A stretch of DNA of 64,000 bases from a virus, in the IMG/VR virus record IMGVR_UViG_3300027896_000017, positions 32,001 to 96,000 of that record; one strand, written 5' to 3'. Below are positions 40,701 through 48,677 of this stretch, piece by piece. Under the pieces are notes generated by a model. The model had not been told where the DNA came from. It did no database searches and saw only the letters and a list, made by a program, of their open reading frames with translations. Both the position numbers and the translations under genes were made by a program. Positions within the stretch are counted from its first letter, which is position 1; the number at the start of each line of letters is the position of its first letter.

Positions 40701-41154
40701 TTCTAAGATGAAGCGGGCCTCTGAAAAATTAGGCGACATGGCTTTTATGAATAATATCTGTAAATACATAGATATTAATCAACTCATTTACGATGATGAT
40801 TTTACTGAAAAACATATACAACAAATGTTTTATGACTATTTGGAGCGAGTGCAAACAAAAGATTTATATATTCCCGATGTTAATAATGTTAAATTGCAGA
40901 GTATAGGACTTAAGATATATGAAAGTACCCCTAAACTTATCAATCTGCTTGTATCAAAAAATTGTTTTACCAGATCCAAAAAGGGTACTTATAGAAAAAC
41001 TAAACAATTCAACATATGGTTATTAAAAAGATTGGAGTTAGGTAATGAAGCCCCTACATCCAATATACTTGAGTGTGTCAAAAATCAACAAAACTCTATT
41101 ATCATTGAGGCTACAGAGAGATTTGGACGACCTGGTAGGCAAAATTCGATCTAA
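37768..41154 (+). CDS. primase (Zn finger + Toprim) fused to MCM-like AAA+ helicase
   Basis: C...H.D..ASLSV....GLWHCFSCG Zn finger; Toprim AGEPD...LDADDSG; Walker A variant GDTRTCKT; MCM-like G.IP.NDGGLIIIDE; LSRFD Arg finger. Confidence 0.85.
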   Translation: MGDKYKVKKDDLRALFSTADMLMENRYHGLYEKFGWKKGSNGNYHCWNVGAHSKGADLHASLSVDNRTGLWHCFSCGIKGNFQSYWKEYLKGRHGDSYTDFIIDFLGLQNKINFSKELSDPDYEKNSKQICELFDRLQTERVKERGKPMMLSSSLTEIIKETTSLPMSELNEMVDRLLKDTEALNYLHETRRITPEVIKKYKLGLTDKGKFIFPQIGADGSLINLKAYDPRNPNTDFKWSYPHRGLGYGPMPINNFTHQKIYFFAGEPDCYCALAMGIDGAVTLGSEAMTDVDKIFGEDKAKQLFYGKETVVCLDADDSGMIASKKLADSLYKYVKQVKIINFNISEINPNGLDPNKMIKISKDGKEKMKRAEKDFTEFMVKNGFGKEAIDMFYALEKETIVYTQNTDRTSREIFKVTLQESRMPKYYSFDGSKVIRLVASVGDFDGRAILYPKEIGVKCGAMCNPDNVTTMCRYCKLPTLSGFNKASSQTLHIERELPKEFENDPTYIKATEHDILGLVEVTENQKLQQIKKLCQINDHCKSAIIQDLAHEKLLHVRLVKDINEFGDPTDSAGQTFTAIDMDAYMVEKDIYPNRSYEFEAVLTTSWNGQQSVLFCHKAEPIATCIDTFKMDQQNYEILQVFKPKPNETIKQHLKRRYDIFANACGVTERREMFFVEDLVFFSPLQINNKKLLPGITRGWVEALIIGDTRTCKTLITKWLRNHYKMGDMVTGSTAVTRSGLLGGIRTGLNRPMVSWGKIPMNDGGLIIIDELSNVDIKTLIDLTGCRSEGIASIDGIASGKVLARTRKIMLSNPRAMRSENEKNPPYGIIGVKDFCVKDEVLSRFDIVLIVRESDVPAASYVSSYEQINTEFNELQCQTLIRWIYSRKPDQYVFEEGFEEAIDKYMKKMLIKYHESTQLVNQEMRAKLMRMSMALAGGLASMPEDDWDKIYTKIEHLDYIVEFLDQIYCHPNMQMDHYSKMKRASEKLGDMAFMNNICKYIDINQLIYDDDFTEKHIQQMFYDYLERVQTKDLYIPDVNNVKLQSIGLKIYESTPKLINLLVSKNCFTRSKKGTYRKTKQFNIWLLKRLELGNEAPTSNILECVKNQQNSIIIEATERFGRPGRQNSI

Positions 41155-41725
41155 AGAAGAAGTTGATACGTATAATTGGAAATATAAACAATTAAAATCC
41201 GTATTGGATTTTTATATTGAAGAAAAGTATTGTAAGATTTATAAAAATGAATTGATGCAATGGGAAGAATTAAATTCGGCAGTGTATTATGTTGAACAAA
41301 CTAAGGAAAAAATGTTGAAAGCAAAGATACTGTCAACACCTGGAATGAAAGACTATCTAGTGGTACATTCGGTATTTAAGACAAATGATTTTAAAAGTAC
41401 CGATTGGTTTATTAAAGAAATGTTACAAATTCTTGTAATTACCGATGAAGATGTTCTAAGGCTTCATAAATTACAATATGTACCACCAGAATTATTAAAT
41501 AAATTATCAATGTTTGATCCTGAACCTATAGGATTAAGAGTTGATAATGTAAGAGTAGAATATACGCATGGGTTTAAAAATAGTATTGATTTAATTGAGA
41601 CGGATTGGGAAGAAATAAAGGCCAATACCGTTAATGTTCAAGAAGTGTTGAGTAAATATAAGCCAATTGATGCGGGGACCAGATCTGTAATAGACAATTC
41701 GTTTTATGATGGCATCCCGTTTTAA
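41045..41725 (+). CDS. hypothetical protein (start uncertain)
   Basis: ORF fills the gap after the primase-helicase; overlaps its 3' end. Confidence 0.55.
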   Translation: MKPLHPIYLSVSKINKTLLSLRLQRDLDDLVGKIRSKEEVDTYNWKYKQLKSVLDFYIEEKYCKIYKNELMQWEELNSAVYYVEQTKEKMLKAKILSTPGMKDYLVVHSVFKTNDFKSTDWFIKEMLQILVITDEDVLRLHKLQYVPPELLNKLSMFDPEPIGLRVDNVRVEYTHGFKNSIDLIETDWEEIKANTVNVQEVLSKYKPIDAGTRSVIDNSFYDGIPF

Positions 41726-41750
41726 TTAGTTATTATTAACGAACATTTGT

Positions 41751-41762
41751 AATAACTATAAT
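41751..41762 (+). promoter_or_regulatory. putative phage promoter AATAAC-TATAAT
   Basis: Copy of the recurring motif upstream of 41794. Confidence 0.55.
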
Positions 41763-41793
41763 AGAGTAATTAACCTTAACTTATGGAGGAACC

Positions 41794-42519
41794 ATGAGTG
41801 ATTTAAGTCAGTTTTTTTCAGAAGTCAGCCAGGAAGAAAAGAAGAGATTGCAAAGCGGAGCCGATAATGCAAGATCTGAAATGGGCGCAGTTGCTATAGC
41901 TTATCCTGGGAAATATGTGTGTGAAATTCCGGCATTTTCATACAAAGAAAGAGACACCAATAAAACCGTATGTTTTCCTGATATTTTCATATCTCCCAAG
42001 AAGGGTAGCTTAAATTTAGTTCTTAGTTTTAAAGTTGTTGATGGGACCGATAAGGTTCCTAAAGGTGCATCTATATTTATGAATATCGTATTGGTCCCTA
42101 AAGATAAAAGTCAAGAAAATATTGATAAAATTCTAATGTATACCAAGCCGCGTTTGATGATTCTAACTGGAACCACCCATCTTGATATGACGCAGGAGTG
42201 GTTTGAGGAATGGTTGATGCCTAAATTCGAATGGAAGAATGATCAATTCGTTTTAATAAAAGATCATAAAATGAAGCAAAGAGTGTTGGTCACTGTAGAC
42301 GAAAAGCAGGGCACTGATGATAAAATAAGATTGTCAGTTGTAGATATTGCTGTCGCTACGCCATCTGAAAAAAGCGTATCGTTTGATATGAAAAATGCAA
42401 ACGCCACAATTGATCCCGCTTTGAATATGAATGTTTCTGATAGAAATATTTCATATGAAGAGGCGCAAAATAGTGGTGTAGTAGCGGCACCCAACATTCC
42501 TGATATGGAAGCTTTCTAA
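41794..42519 (+). CDS. putative ssDNA-binding protein
   Basis: PGKYVCEI...L.F.VVDG OB-like pattern, acidic/Phe C-terminus (PDMEAF), GGAGG RBS, replication context. Confidence 0.45.
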   Translation: MSDLSQFFSEVSQEEKKRLQSGADNARSEMGAVAIAYPGKYVCEIPAFSYKERDTNKTVCFPDIFISPKKGSLNLVLSFKVVDGTDKVPKGASIFMNIVLVPKDKSQENIDKILMYTKPRLMILTGTTHLDMTQEWFEEWLMPKFEWKNDQFVLIKDHKMKQRVLVTVDEKQGTDDKIRLSVVDIAVATPSEKSVSFDMKNANATIDPALNMNVSDRNISYEEAQNSGVVAAPNIPDMEAF

Positions 42520-42580
42520 ATCTTTATGGCTGGTTTATTTTTTTATAATAAACCAGCTAATCTTTTTTTACGGAGGAACT

Positions 42581-43669
42581 ATGATTAAGGGACTTACTCA
42601 TTCTGAAGATGGAGTAATGAACAAGGTTACTAAATACAAAGGTAAAATATCGACTGGGTACGCCCCTAATGAAGGGCCTAATAAGGAAAATCATCCGGTT
42701 CCAGCGGGCTTCTTTAGAATATTAAAAGAAGTTATAAAAAACCAAAGAATAGGCATGACTCAACAAATAGTTGCAGTTAAAGATTGGGTTTTAAATGAGT
42801 CTGTTCAAAAAATGTTAGAACAAAGCTGCAACAATAATCCTCTGCCAAGAAGAATAGAAGTGGTTTGTTTATATAAAGATTTTACTGAAATGTGGGAAAG
42901 TTCATTATGTATGTATTCTGGGACTGAAGGACTTTTATGTAAAAGTCATGGTATAGGAACTTTGGCAAAATATTTAACAATTAATGGCAACGATCGAACA
43001 TGGCAGCAGAAAAATTGTTTATATGAAAATTGTCCGGAATTCAAAGCTGGAAAATGCAAACCTATGGGATTGATGAAATGTTTTCCAATTATTGATATGT
43101 CTCCAAATCCATATCGATTTGAAACTAGAAGCATTAATACCATTATAGGTATCGAATCATCATTTTATGATTTGATGACATTAATGCGAGCTGCTCATAT
43201 GGTAAAACAAATAGAGGCCGGTCGTGAACTTCCATTTGATGGATTGTTTGGGGCTAAGGTTTTTTTAATACAAAGAAAAGTTAAATCTGGTGGAAAAAAT
43301 GTATTTATTACTGATATGGAACCAACCCCAGATTTTTCAACTTCTATTATGGAACCTATTAAAAGAGGATTGGCAGCTAAAGCAAAACAATCCAGAATGA
43401 TAGGCGAGGCTGGATCTGTTTCGCTACTTGGTGATGCCAGTGACAGATTACTTGAAGCGTCACGACTGGCTTTAACAGATGCTACTGAAGCGGAAACTGT
43501 CCCATTAGATATAGACTCTCAACGCGAAATTGCTATCAATTTTGGATCCAATGCAGATGAGGAGTCTACCACTCAATCTATTATTATAGAAAAAAATATT
43601 ATTCCAGAAGATTTAAGTAAAAAGGCTGCTGAAACATTATTGTCTCCTTCAGCATCGCCGGATAAATAA
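42581..43669 (+). CDS. recombination directionality factor (Gp3-like) family protein
   Basis: GKISTG...LLCKSHG...C...CP...GKCKP.G...RFETRSIN pattern recalled for the RDF-like family. Confidence 0.6.
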   Translation: MIKGLTHSEDGVMNKVTKYKGKISTGYAPNEGPNKENHPVPAGFFRILKEVIKNQRIGMTQQIVAVKDWVLNESVQKMLEQSCNNNPLPRRIEVVCLYKDFTEMWESSLCMYSGTEGLLCKSHGIGTLAKYLTINGNDRTWQQKNCLYENCPEFKAGKCKPMGLMKCFPIIDMSPNPYRFETRSINTIIGIESSFYDLMTLMRAAHMVKQIEAGRELPFDGLFGAKVFLIQRKVKSGGKNVFITDMEPTPDFSTSIMEPIKRGLAAKAKQSRMIGEAGSVSLLGDASDRLLEASRLALTDATEAETVPLDIDSQREIAINFGSNADEESTTQSIIIEKNIIPEDLSKKAAETLLSPSASPDK

Positions 43670-43673
43670 TAAA

Positions 43674-44229
43674 TTTTGCATAAGATGTTTTTTTTGTTCA
43701 ACGTTTCGTTGGATAGTGAAAGTATAATCGATCGTCACGACTGGGACGCATCTAATAAAGTTAAATCGACACCTCATCTAAGACGCTGCCTGCAGCTTTC
43801 TTATCTGAGGGTACGATTTAATTTTATTAGATGCTATCGTGACTAGCTGTATTCGGGAGGATGGCCATTGCACACGTTATATTTTTTAGCTCGAAATCAA
43901 TCGCAAAGCCCCGTCATAGTTCTAAACTGGCTTTCGACAACGTTAGGACCTCTTCAGAGGTAATCTCATACATAGTGATCTATGTATGAGATTCCTCCGA
44001 AAGGTCCAAACGTTAGTCGTCGCCGGTATTAGAACATGACAAGCTTTGCGATTGATTTCAGTGCTGCAAAATATAACTAACGGCTCGCACTCACTAATAA
44101 TCTGAATCCGATCGATCAATCGAATGTGATCTTCGACATGATCGAACAGCTTCAGATTATTCTGGGTTCGTGTCGAGCCTTGCAACTGAGCCATCCTCCA
44201 GTCATTTAATCAATCTTAGTTATGCAAAA
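43674..44229 (+). ncRNA. retron-like msr-msd ncRNA #1 (556 nt, branched msd)
   Basis: IR TTTTGCATAA|G43684 ... G44219|TTATGCAAAA; TTCAACG-TTT-CGTTGGA hairpin; long hairpins at 43734-43843, 43876-44077 and 44082-44179. Confidence 0.75.
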
Positions 44230-44261
44230 AAAAATAAATTTATTAAAAAGGGAATATAATT

Positions 44262-44528
44262 ATGCCAAAAAAAACATTAAGCAGAGATTTCATGAAACCA
44301 GTTAAACCCGACAATCATTTAGCTCAAATAGTTGGAAATGGACTTTTAACCAGGCCGCAGATAACGCAAAAAATCTGGAATTATATTAAATTACATAATT
44401 TACAGAAAATATCTGATGGCAGGATAATAAAACCAGACCGCAAATTAAAACCAATTTTTAACAACAAAGCTACTGTTAGTATATTTAATATGTCGAATCT
44501 TATTAGAAATCATTTTGAAATTATTTAA
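44262..44528 (+). CDS. SWIB/MDM2 domain protein
   Basis: FMKP......LAQIVG....TRPQITQKIWNYIK.HNLQ....GR.I.PD.KL..IF.......F.M..LI..H. Confidence 0.9.
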   Translation: MPKKTLSRDFMKPVKPDNHLAQIVGNGLLTRPQITQKIWNYIKLHNLQKISDGRIIKPDRKLKPIFNNKATVSIFNMSNLIRNHFEII

Positions 44529-44687
44529 CATTAGAAGTATTGGGCGTTGTTTCGACGCTTGCGCTTATATAATAAGTAGACGACATTGAAAATCATGTTT
44601 CTCACGTTTAATTGCTCACGAGTACGTGGCAATTAAACTCTAGAAACATATTTTTCAATGAGCGTGTCGATTTTTAGTAATGTCAAA
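44524..44687 (+). ncRNA. retron-like msr-msd ncRNA #2 (164 nt)
   Basis: IR TTTAACATTA|G44534 ... G44677|TAATGTCAAA (one mismatch); GGGCGTTG-TTT-CGACGCTT hairpin; single long mismatched hairpin at 44581-44669. Confidence 0.8.
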
Positions 44688-44689
44688 AA

Positions 44690-44839
44690 AAAGCAATATA
44701 GTTAAAAGTGCTAGATGTTTCGTCTAGTATGATTTTCTCTAAAAAAAATATAGGGAAAACCCCAATAGGCTCATCCAAACCCGTGCGGATTTGGATTCGC
44801 CCCTTAATTTTACACATTCAATATTAAGTATATTGCTTT
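44690..44839 (+). ncRNA. retron-like msr-msd ncRNA #3 (150 nt)
   Basis: IR AAAGCAATATA|G44701 ... G44828|TATATTGCTTT; TGCTAGATG-TTT-CGTCTAGTA hairpin; hairpins at 44733-44759 and 44768-44801. Confidence 0.75.
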
Positions 44840-44859
44840 AATTAGATGAAAGGAACACA

Positions 44860-45213
44860 ATGCCGACATTTAATGCAAAAGTTTTATGTCACGCAGTAGT
44901 TAAAGTTAATGATGGAGTAGATCCTATTGAATTTATTAAAAATAACAATGAATATATCGTTGAACCGAAAAATGCGGATGGTTGCATTGTTGCATTTAAA
45001 CCAAAAGAAGTTAATATTTTAAAAAGAGGTGAACTAACAGATGATAAACTATCTGATAAATTAGATCAATTTATCCATTTCTCATTTAGGGGTTCTTTAA
45101 TTTGCGTTGATACTATTAATAGAACCGTAATTAGTTCTGGAAAAGCCAAGCCTGAAGAAATGACAGGACCTAAAGAAAAGGGTTATTGGCCATTAAATGT
45201 AGAAACATCTTAA
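44860..45213 (+). CDS. hypothetical protein (117 aa)
   Basis: AAGGA RBS; lies between ncRNA #3 and #4. Confidence 0.7.
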   Translation: MPTFNAKVLCHAVVKVNDGVDPIEFIKNNNEYIVEPKNADGCIVAFKPKEVNILKRGELTDDKLSDKLDQFIHFSFRGSLICVDTINRTVISSGKAKPEEMTGPKEKGYWPLNVETS

Positions 45214-45219
45214 ATAAAG

Positions 45220-45798
45220 AAAAAGATTAATACAAGATTGTTTTGGTCAACGCTTCGTTGACTAGATAAATAATATAAACAATAGTTTAGACTCTCACGA
45301 CCACTACCGGCGACCGCTCCTTGCATCAAAGGGCGTCACAAAATATTAATTGAACGTATTCACCAACGCTACGATGCTCCACGATCTACGTGTATGTCAG
45401 GTAAACCTGAAATACACTACGACTCGTTGCGCATCTACGCTCTCGATAGCCATTGAATATATCATCTTCTTGCGCTCATACGCTTACGCGATGGCTTAGA
45501 AGATGATACGAGCCTCGGTTTCATATCACTAAAGTTATATGAAACCTCGGTATGTCAAATGGCTATCATCGGGGTTCTACGTTCTCACCTGCACAGCCTT
45601 CAGTATCCTATCTCATAGCATAGCAATCCTCCACCTCTAAGAGGTGTTTGATTGCCATGCTTACACATTCGATAGGTCTTCCGGCTGTGTCGTGAACATT
45701 AATATTAAGTGGCGCTTTGAGACCTTTGATGCAAGACGCTTCCGCCGTACGTGGTCGTTCAAGTTAAACTATATCAAAATTAGTTGTATTATCTTTTT
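45220..45798 (+). ncRNA. retron-like msr-msd ncRNA #4 (579 nt, branched msd)
   Basis: IR AAAAAGATTAATACAA|G45236 ... G45783|TTGTATTATCTTTTT (one bulge); TTTGGTCAACG-CTT-CGTTGACTAGA hairpin; long closing helix (about 45282-45350 with 45698-45772) enclosing several arms. Confidence 0.75.
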
Positions 45799-45822
45799 TA
45801 ATTCATATTCAAAGGGGATGTA

Positions 45823-46317
45823 ATGCATACATTATTTTATATTATATTATTATTCTTTTTTATAATTGGGTGCGTTGGTACTATTTTTATTCAAATAAAG
45901 ATGTTGTTAAAAAAAGATAAATTTATATCAATGAGAGATAATGAAATTATTGACCTTAGAAAAGGTATAGATAAATTAGAAGAAAATATAGCTCAAAAAG
46001 AAACCTCAATTTTAACTCTTTATCAAAAAATAGAACAAGAATCTAAAAGAAAAAATGAATTACATACCAGGGTAGTTGAGTTGGAAGACGGCATTAAAAA
46101 CGGCGTTGGTATAACATTAAGAAATGAAATCACTACCGTTAAGAGTGAATTTACTGATGTTGAACTGACTATTATGTCAAATGGAGTATACGAATTGATC
46201 CCTCATATTAGTAGAAATTTATCAGATTTTAAATTCTATATTTTATTAATTGAAAAGATTCAAAATATTGTCAAAAAAATGGATGAGTCCAAAAACCAAA
46301 ATACGAAAGGTGTTTAA
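45823..46317 (+). CDS. membrane-anchored coiled-coil protein
   Basis: N-terminal hydrophobic helix followed by a heptad-rich segment. Confidence 0.65.
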   Translation: MHTLFYIILLFFFIIGCVGTIFIQIKMLLKKDKFISMRDNEIIDLRKGIDKLEENIAQKETSILTLYQKIEQESKRKNELHTRVVELEDGIKNGVGITLRNEITTVKSEFTDVELTIMSNGVYELIPHISRNLSDFKFYILLIEKIQNIVKKMDESKNQNTKGV

Positions 46318-48453
46318 ATGGATGTCGTATACGGATTGGTCGGCGTTGATTGTGAAACTACTGGACTTAATTATCAAAAAGATGAAATATTAGAAGTTAC
46401 AGCCATTGAATTTAATGAATATGGACAAATTGGTAAAACCATATCTCAATTGTGTAAGCCAATGAGCGGATATATATCTCCTGAAGTTTCAAAAATAAAT
46501 GGCATTACTTATGATATGGTAAGGGAATGTCCCAATTATTTAACTGACGGTATAAGAGATAAAATATCTGAATTTATAGGGTCAAGAACCGTGGTCGGGC
46601 ATAATGTTATAGAGTTTGATTCTAAATTTATGAGAATAAATTTTAAAAAAGCTTATGATACTCTTTTAATGTGCAGATCAAAATTTAGTGGTGGAAACAA
46701 ATTAAAAACAGCTTGTTTAAGGGTAAATATTAAATGGGATGATAAAGAATCCCATCGTTCAGAATACGATGTTAAAAAATGTATAGAATTATATTGTAAA
46801 TTAAGGGAAATGGAAGAAAAGGAAAAAGCCAAAAAATCCGCTACCCCTTTATTTGCTATACCGGCCGAAGTGCAGGCCGTTTATAATAACAATCAAGAAA
46901 TAATAAAAGAAACTATCGATTTGGATTCTTTAAATGATGTAAAAGTCGGCGTTATTTTAAATGAATCTGATAAAAAATTATTTGCTACTCAAACATATTC
47001 TTATTCGAGATTAAATCTGTTTAATCAATGCGCATTTAAATGGTATATGCAATATATAAAAGGATTCATAGAGCCTGAGCATGATTATTTTGTTACTGGC
47101 AAAATATGTCATAAAGTGGCGGAATGGACTGGTGAATGGTGCTATAAAGAAACTTTTAAAAATAAAATGGAAATATTTTTAACTCAACGTAAAATCAATT
47201 TTCAAGATGTTGTTTTACTTGAAGCGCTAGCCAAATTATATAATAAAAAAAATAAGGATATTACAGTCAGAGATTTTGCTGAATATGTAGCTAAAACACC
47301 TGGCGTGGTACCGACGTATTTTCCTGATATGAAAAATATAGGAGAATTAATTTATACAATCGATAAATCAATACCGGAAAACTCCTATGAAAGACTATCC
47401 ATGCCGGATTTGTATACTTATAATAAAATAATAGAAAATGCTATTAATTACTATAAATGCACTAATCCGGAAATAATCAATGAATGTAAAAGAATAATGT
47501 CAAGATTTTATACTTTAAAAGATTTTTCATTAACACCAGGGGATTTAACTTTAACTGAAAAAAAATTAGTATTTGATAAAGAATGGAAACCATTAAAAGA
47601 TTTTTATGCTAATAATGCCTTTTTCAGAGGCGTAATCGATGTGCTCAGTTATTTTGGGGAGTATGTCATTATAACGGATTATAAAACTTCTAGAAAAACC
47701 ATGAATATTGAACAGTTAAAAGAAGATAGACAAACAATGACTTATGTTCTTTTAACTTATATGTTTTTGCCGCGAGGGAGTTTTAAAAAGATTATTGTAA
47801 GAATTGAATATATTAGATTTGGTGAAACTGTAGAATATGAAATAAATAATCCACAAGAAGTCGTGGACAGGGCATTACAATGGATTAACGATTCAATACA
47901 ATCCATTGAAAAAGAGATGCTTAAAACTGACGGTACGGCTTTTATGCCTAAACGAAATGAATATTGTCATACCTGTTATCTTGGGGAAGATGGGAAGTGT
48001 CCATTATTTAATAAACAGATTGCAGGAAAATTAAATGACCCTTTTTCATGTTCAGTTTCAACAATAGATGAATGCAAAGCCGCGTGGAAACGTATAGAAA
48101 CCAATAAGGCTGAATCTTCACGTTTAACGAAGCTTTGTAAAACTTTTGTTGAACAATGTGAAAATCCAATTAAAATAGATGACAATGCTTTGTTGGATTT
48201 TTATGCTGCAAAATATCGAGAATATGATGTTGAAAAAACCCTTAATTGGCTGCTTGGGGATAAAAAAATAGATATAACGAAAATTATTAAATATATCGGC
48301 ATATCCGGAGCTGAAATTAAAAAACTTATGGAAGATGAAAGAATAGATATAACCCCAGAAGAATTGAATAACATTTCTAAAGTTAAACAAAAAATGATAT
48401 TTGATGCGCTAGTTCCTGAAGAGATTAAAAGAAACGACATTAAAAAAGCATAG
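46318..48453 (+). CDS. DEDDh (DnaQ-like) 3'-5' exonuclease fused to PD-(D/E)XK (Cas4/AddB-like) nuclease
   Basis: VDCETTGL...VGHNV.EFD...HRSEYDV; SYSRL..F.QC.FKW, RGVID....ITDYKT, YCHTC......CP Cys motif. Confidence 0.85.
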   Translation: MDVVYGLVGVDCETTGLNYQKDEILEVTAIEFNEYGQIGKTISQLCKPMSGYISPEVSKINGITYDMVRECPNYLTDGIRDKISEFIGSRTVVGHNVIEFDSKFMRINFKKAYDTLLMCRSKFSGGNKLKTACLRVNIKWDDKESHRSEYDVKKCIELYCKLREMEEKEKAKKSATPLFAIPAEVQAVYNNNQEIIKETIDLDSLNDVKVGVILNESDKKLFATQTYSYSRLNLFNQCAFKWYMQYIKGFIEPEHDYFVTGKICHKVAEWTGEWCYKETFKNKMEIFLTQRKINFQDVVLLEALAKLYNKKNKDITVRDFAEYVAKTPGVVPTYFPDMKNIGELIYTIDKSIPENSYERLSMPDLYTYNKIIENAINYYKCTNPEIINECKRIMSRFYTLKDFSLTPGDLTLTEKKLVFDKEWKPLKDFYANNAFFRGVIDVLSYFGEYVIITDYKTSRKTMNIEQLKEDRQTMTYVLLTYMFLPRGSFKKIIVRIEYIRFGETVEYEINNPQEVVDRALQWINDSIQSIEKEMLKTDGTAFMPKRNEYCHTCYLGEDGKCPLFNKQIAGKLNDPFSCSVSTIDECKAAWKRIETNKAESSRLTKLCKTFVEQCENPIKIDDNALLDFYAAKYREYDVEKTLNWLLGDKKIDITKIIKYIGISGAEIKKLMEDERIDITPEELNNISKVKQKMIFDALVPEEIKRNDIKKA

Positions 48454-48677
48454 TTTCTTTGACATTACCGCCCCGAGGCGCGTGTCGCTATAGAGGGAAA
48501 TTATGTGATTAAATGTGGGGTTACATATTCATTATATCTATATACTGTATTATTGATGGAAGTATTACATGCATAATAATAGATTTAAAAAAGCGACAAA
48601 AATTTAAAGAAAAATCTAAAAATAAAGGGGATCAATAATGATCCCCAATTTTTATTTAACAAAGGATATGTAAGATC

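Noticed and set aside
43943-44194. 83-aa minus-strand ORF inside ncRNA #1
   Set aside because: Antisense to the operon and within self-complementary sequence. A GGAGG abuts the ATG with no spacing and belongs to a helix
43674-45798. Reading the structured elements as MITEs, group I/II introns or simple terminators
   Set aside because: The inverted repeats differ between elements, no target-site duplications or transposase are seen, they do not interrupt ORFs, and no intron core motifs were recognised. The shared G.G and triloop features fit retron ncRNAs better
48451-48660. Intergenic hairpins (GACA-CGCC-ccga-GGCG-TGTC and others) as a fifth retron-like element
   Set aside because: No G.G-flanked terminal repeat and no G-YTT-C triloop found
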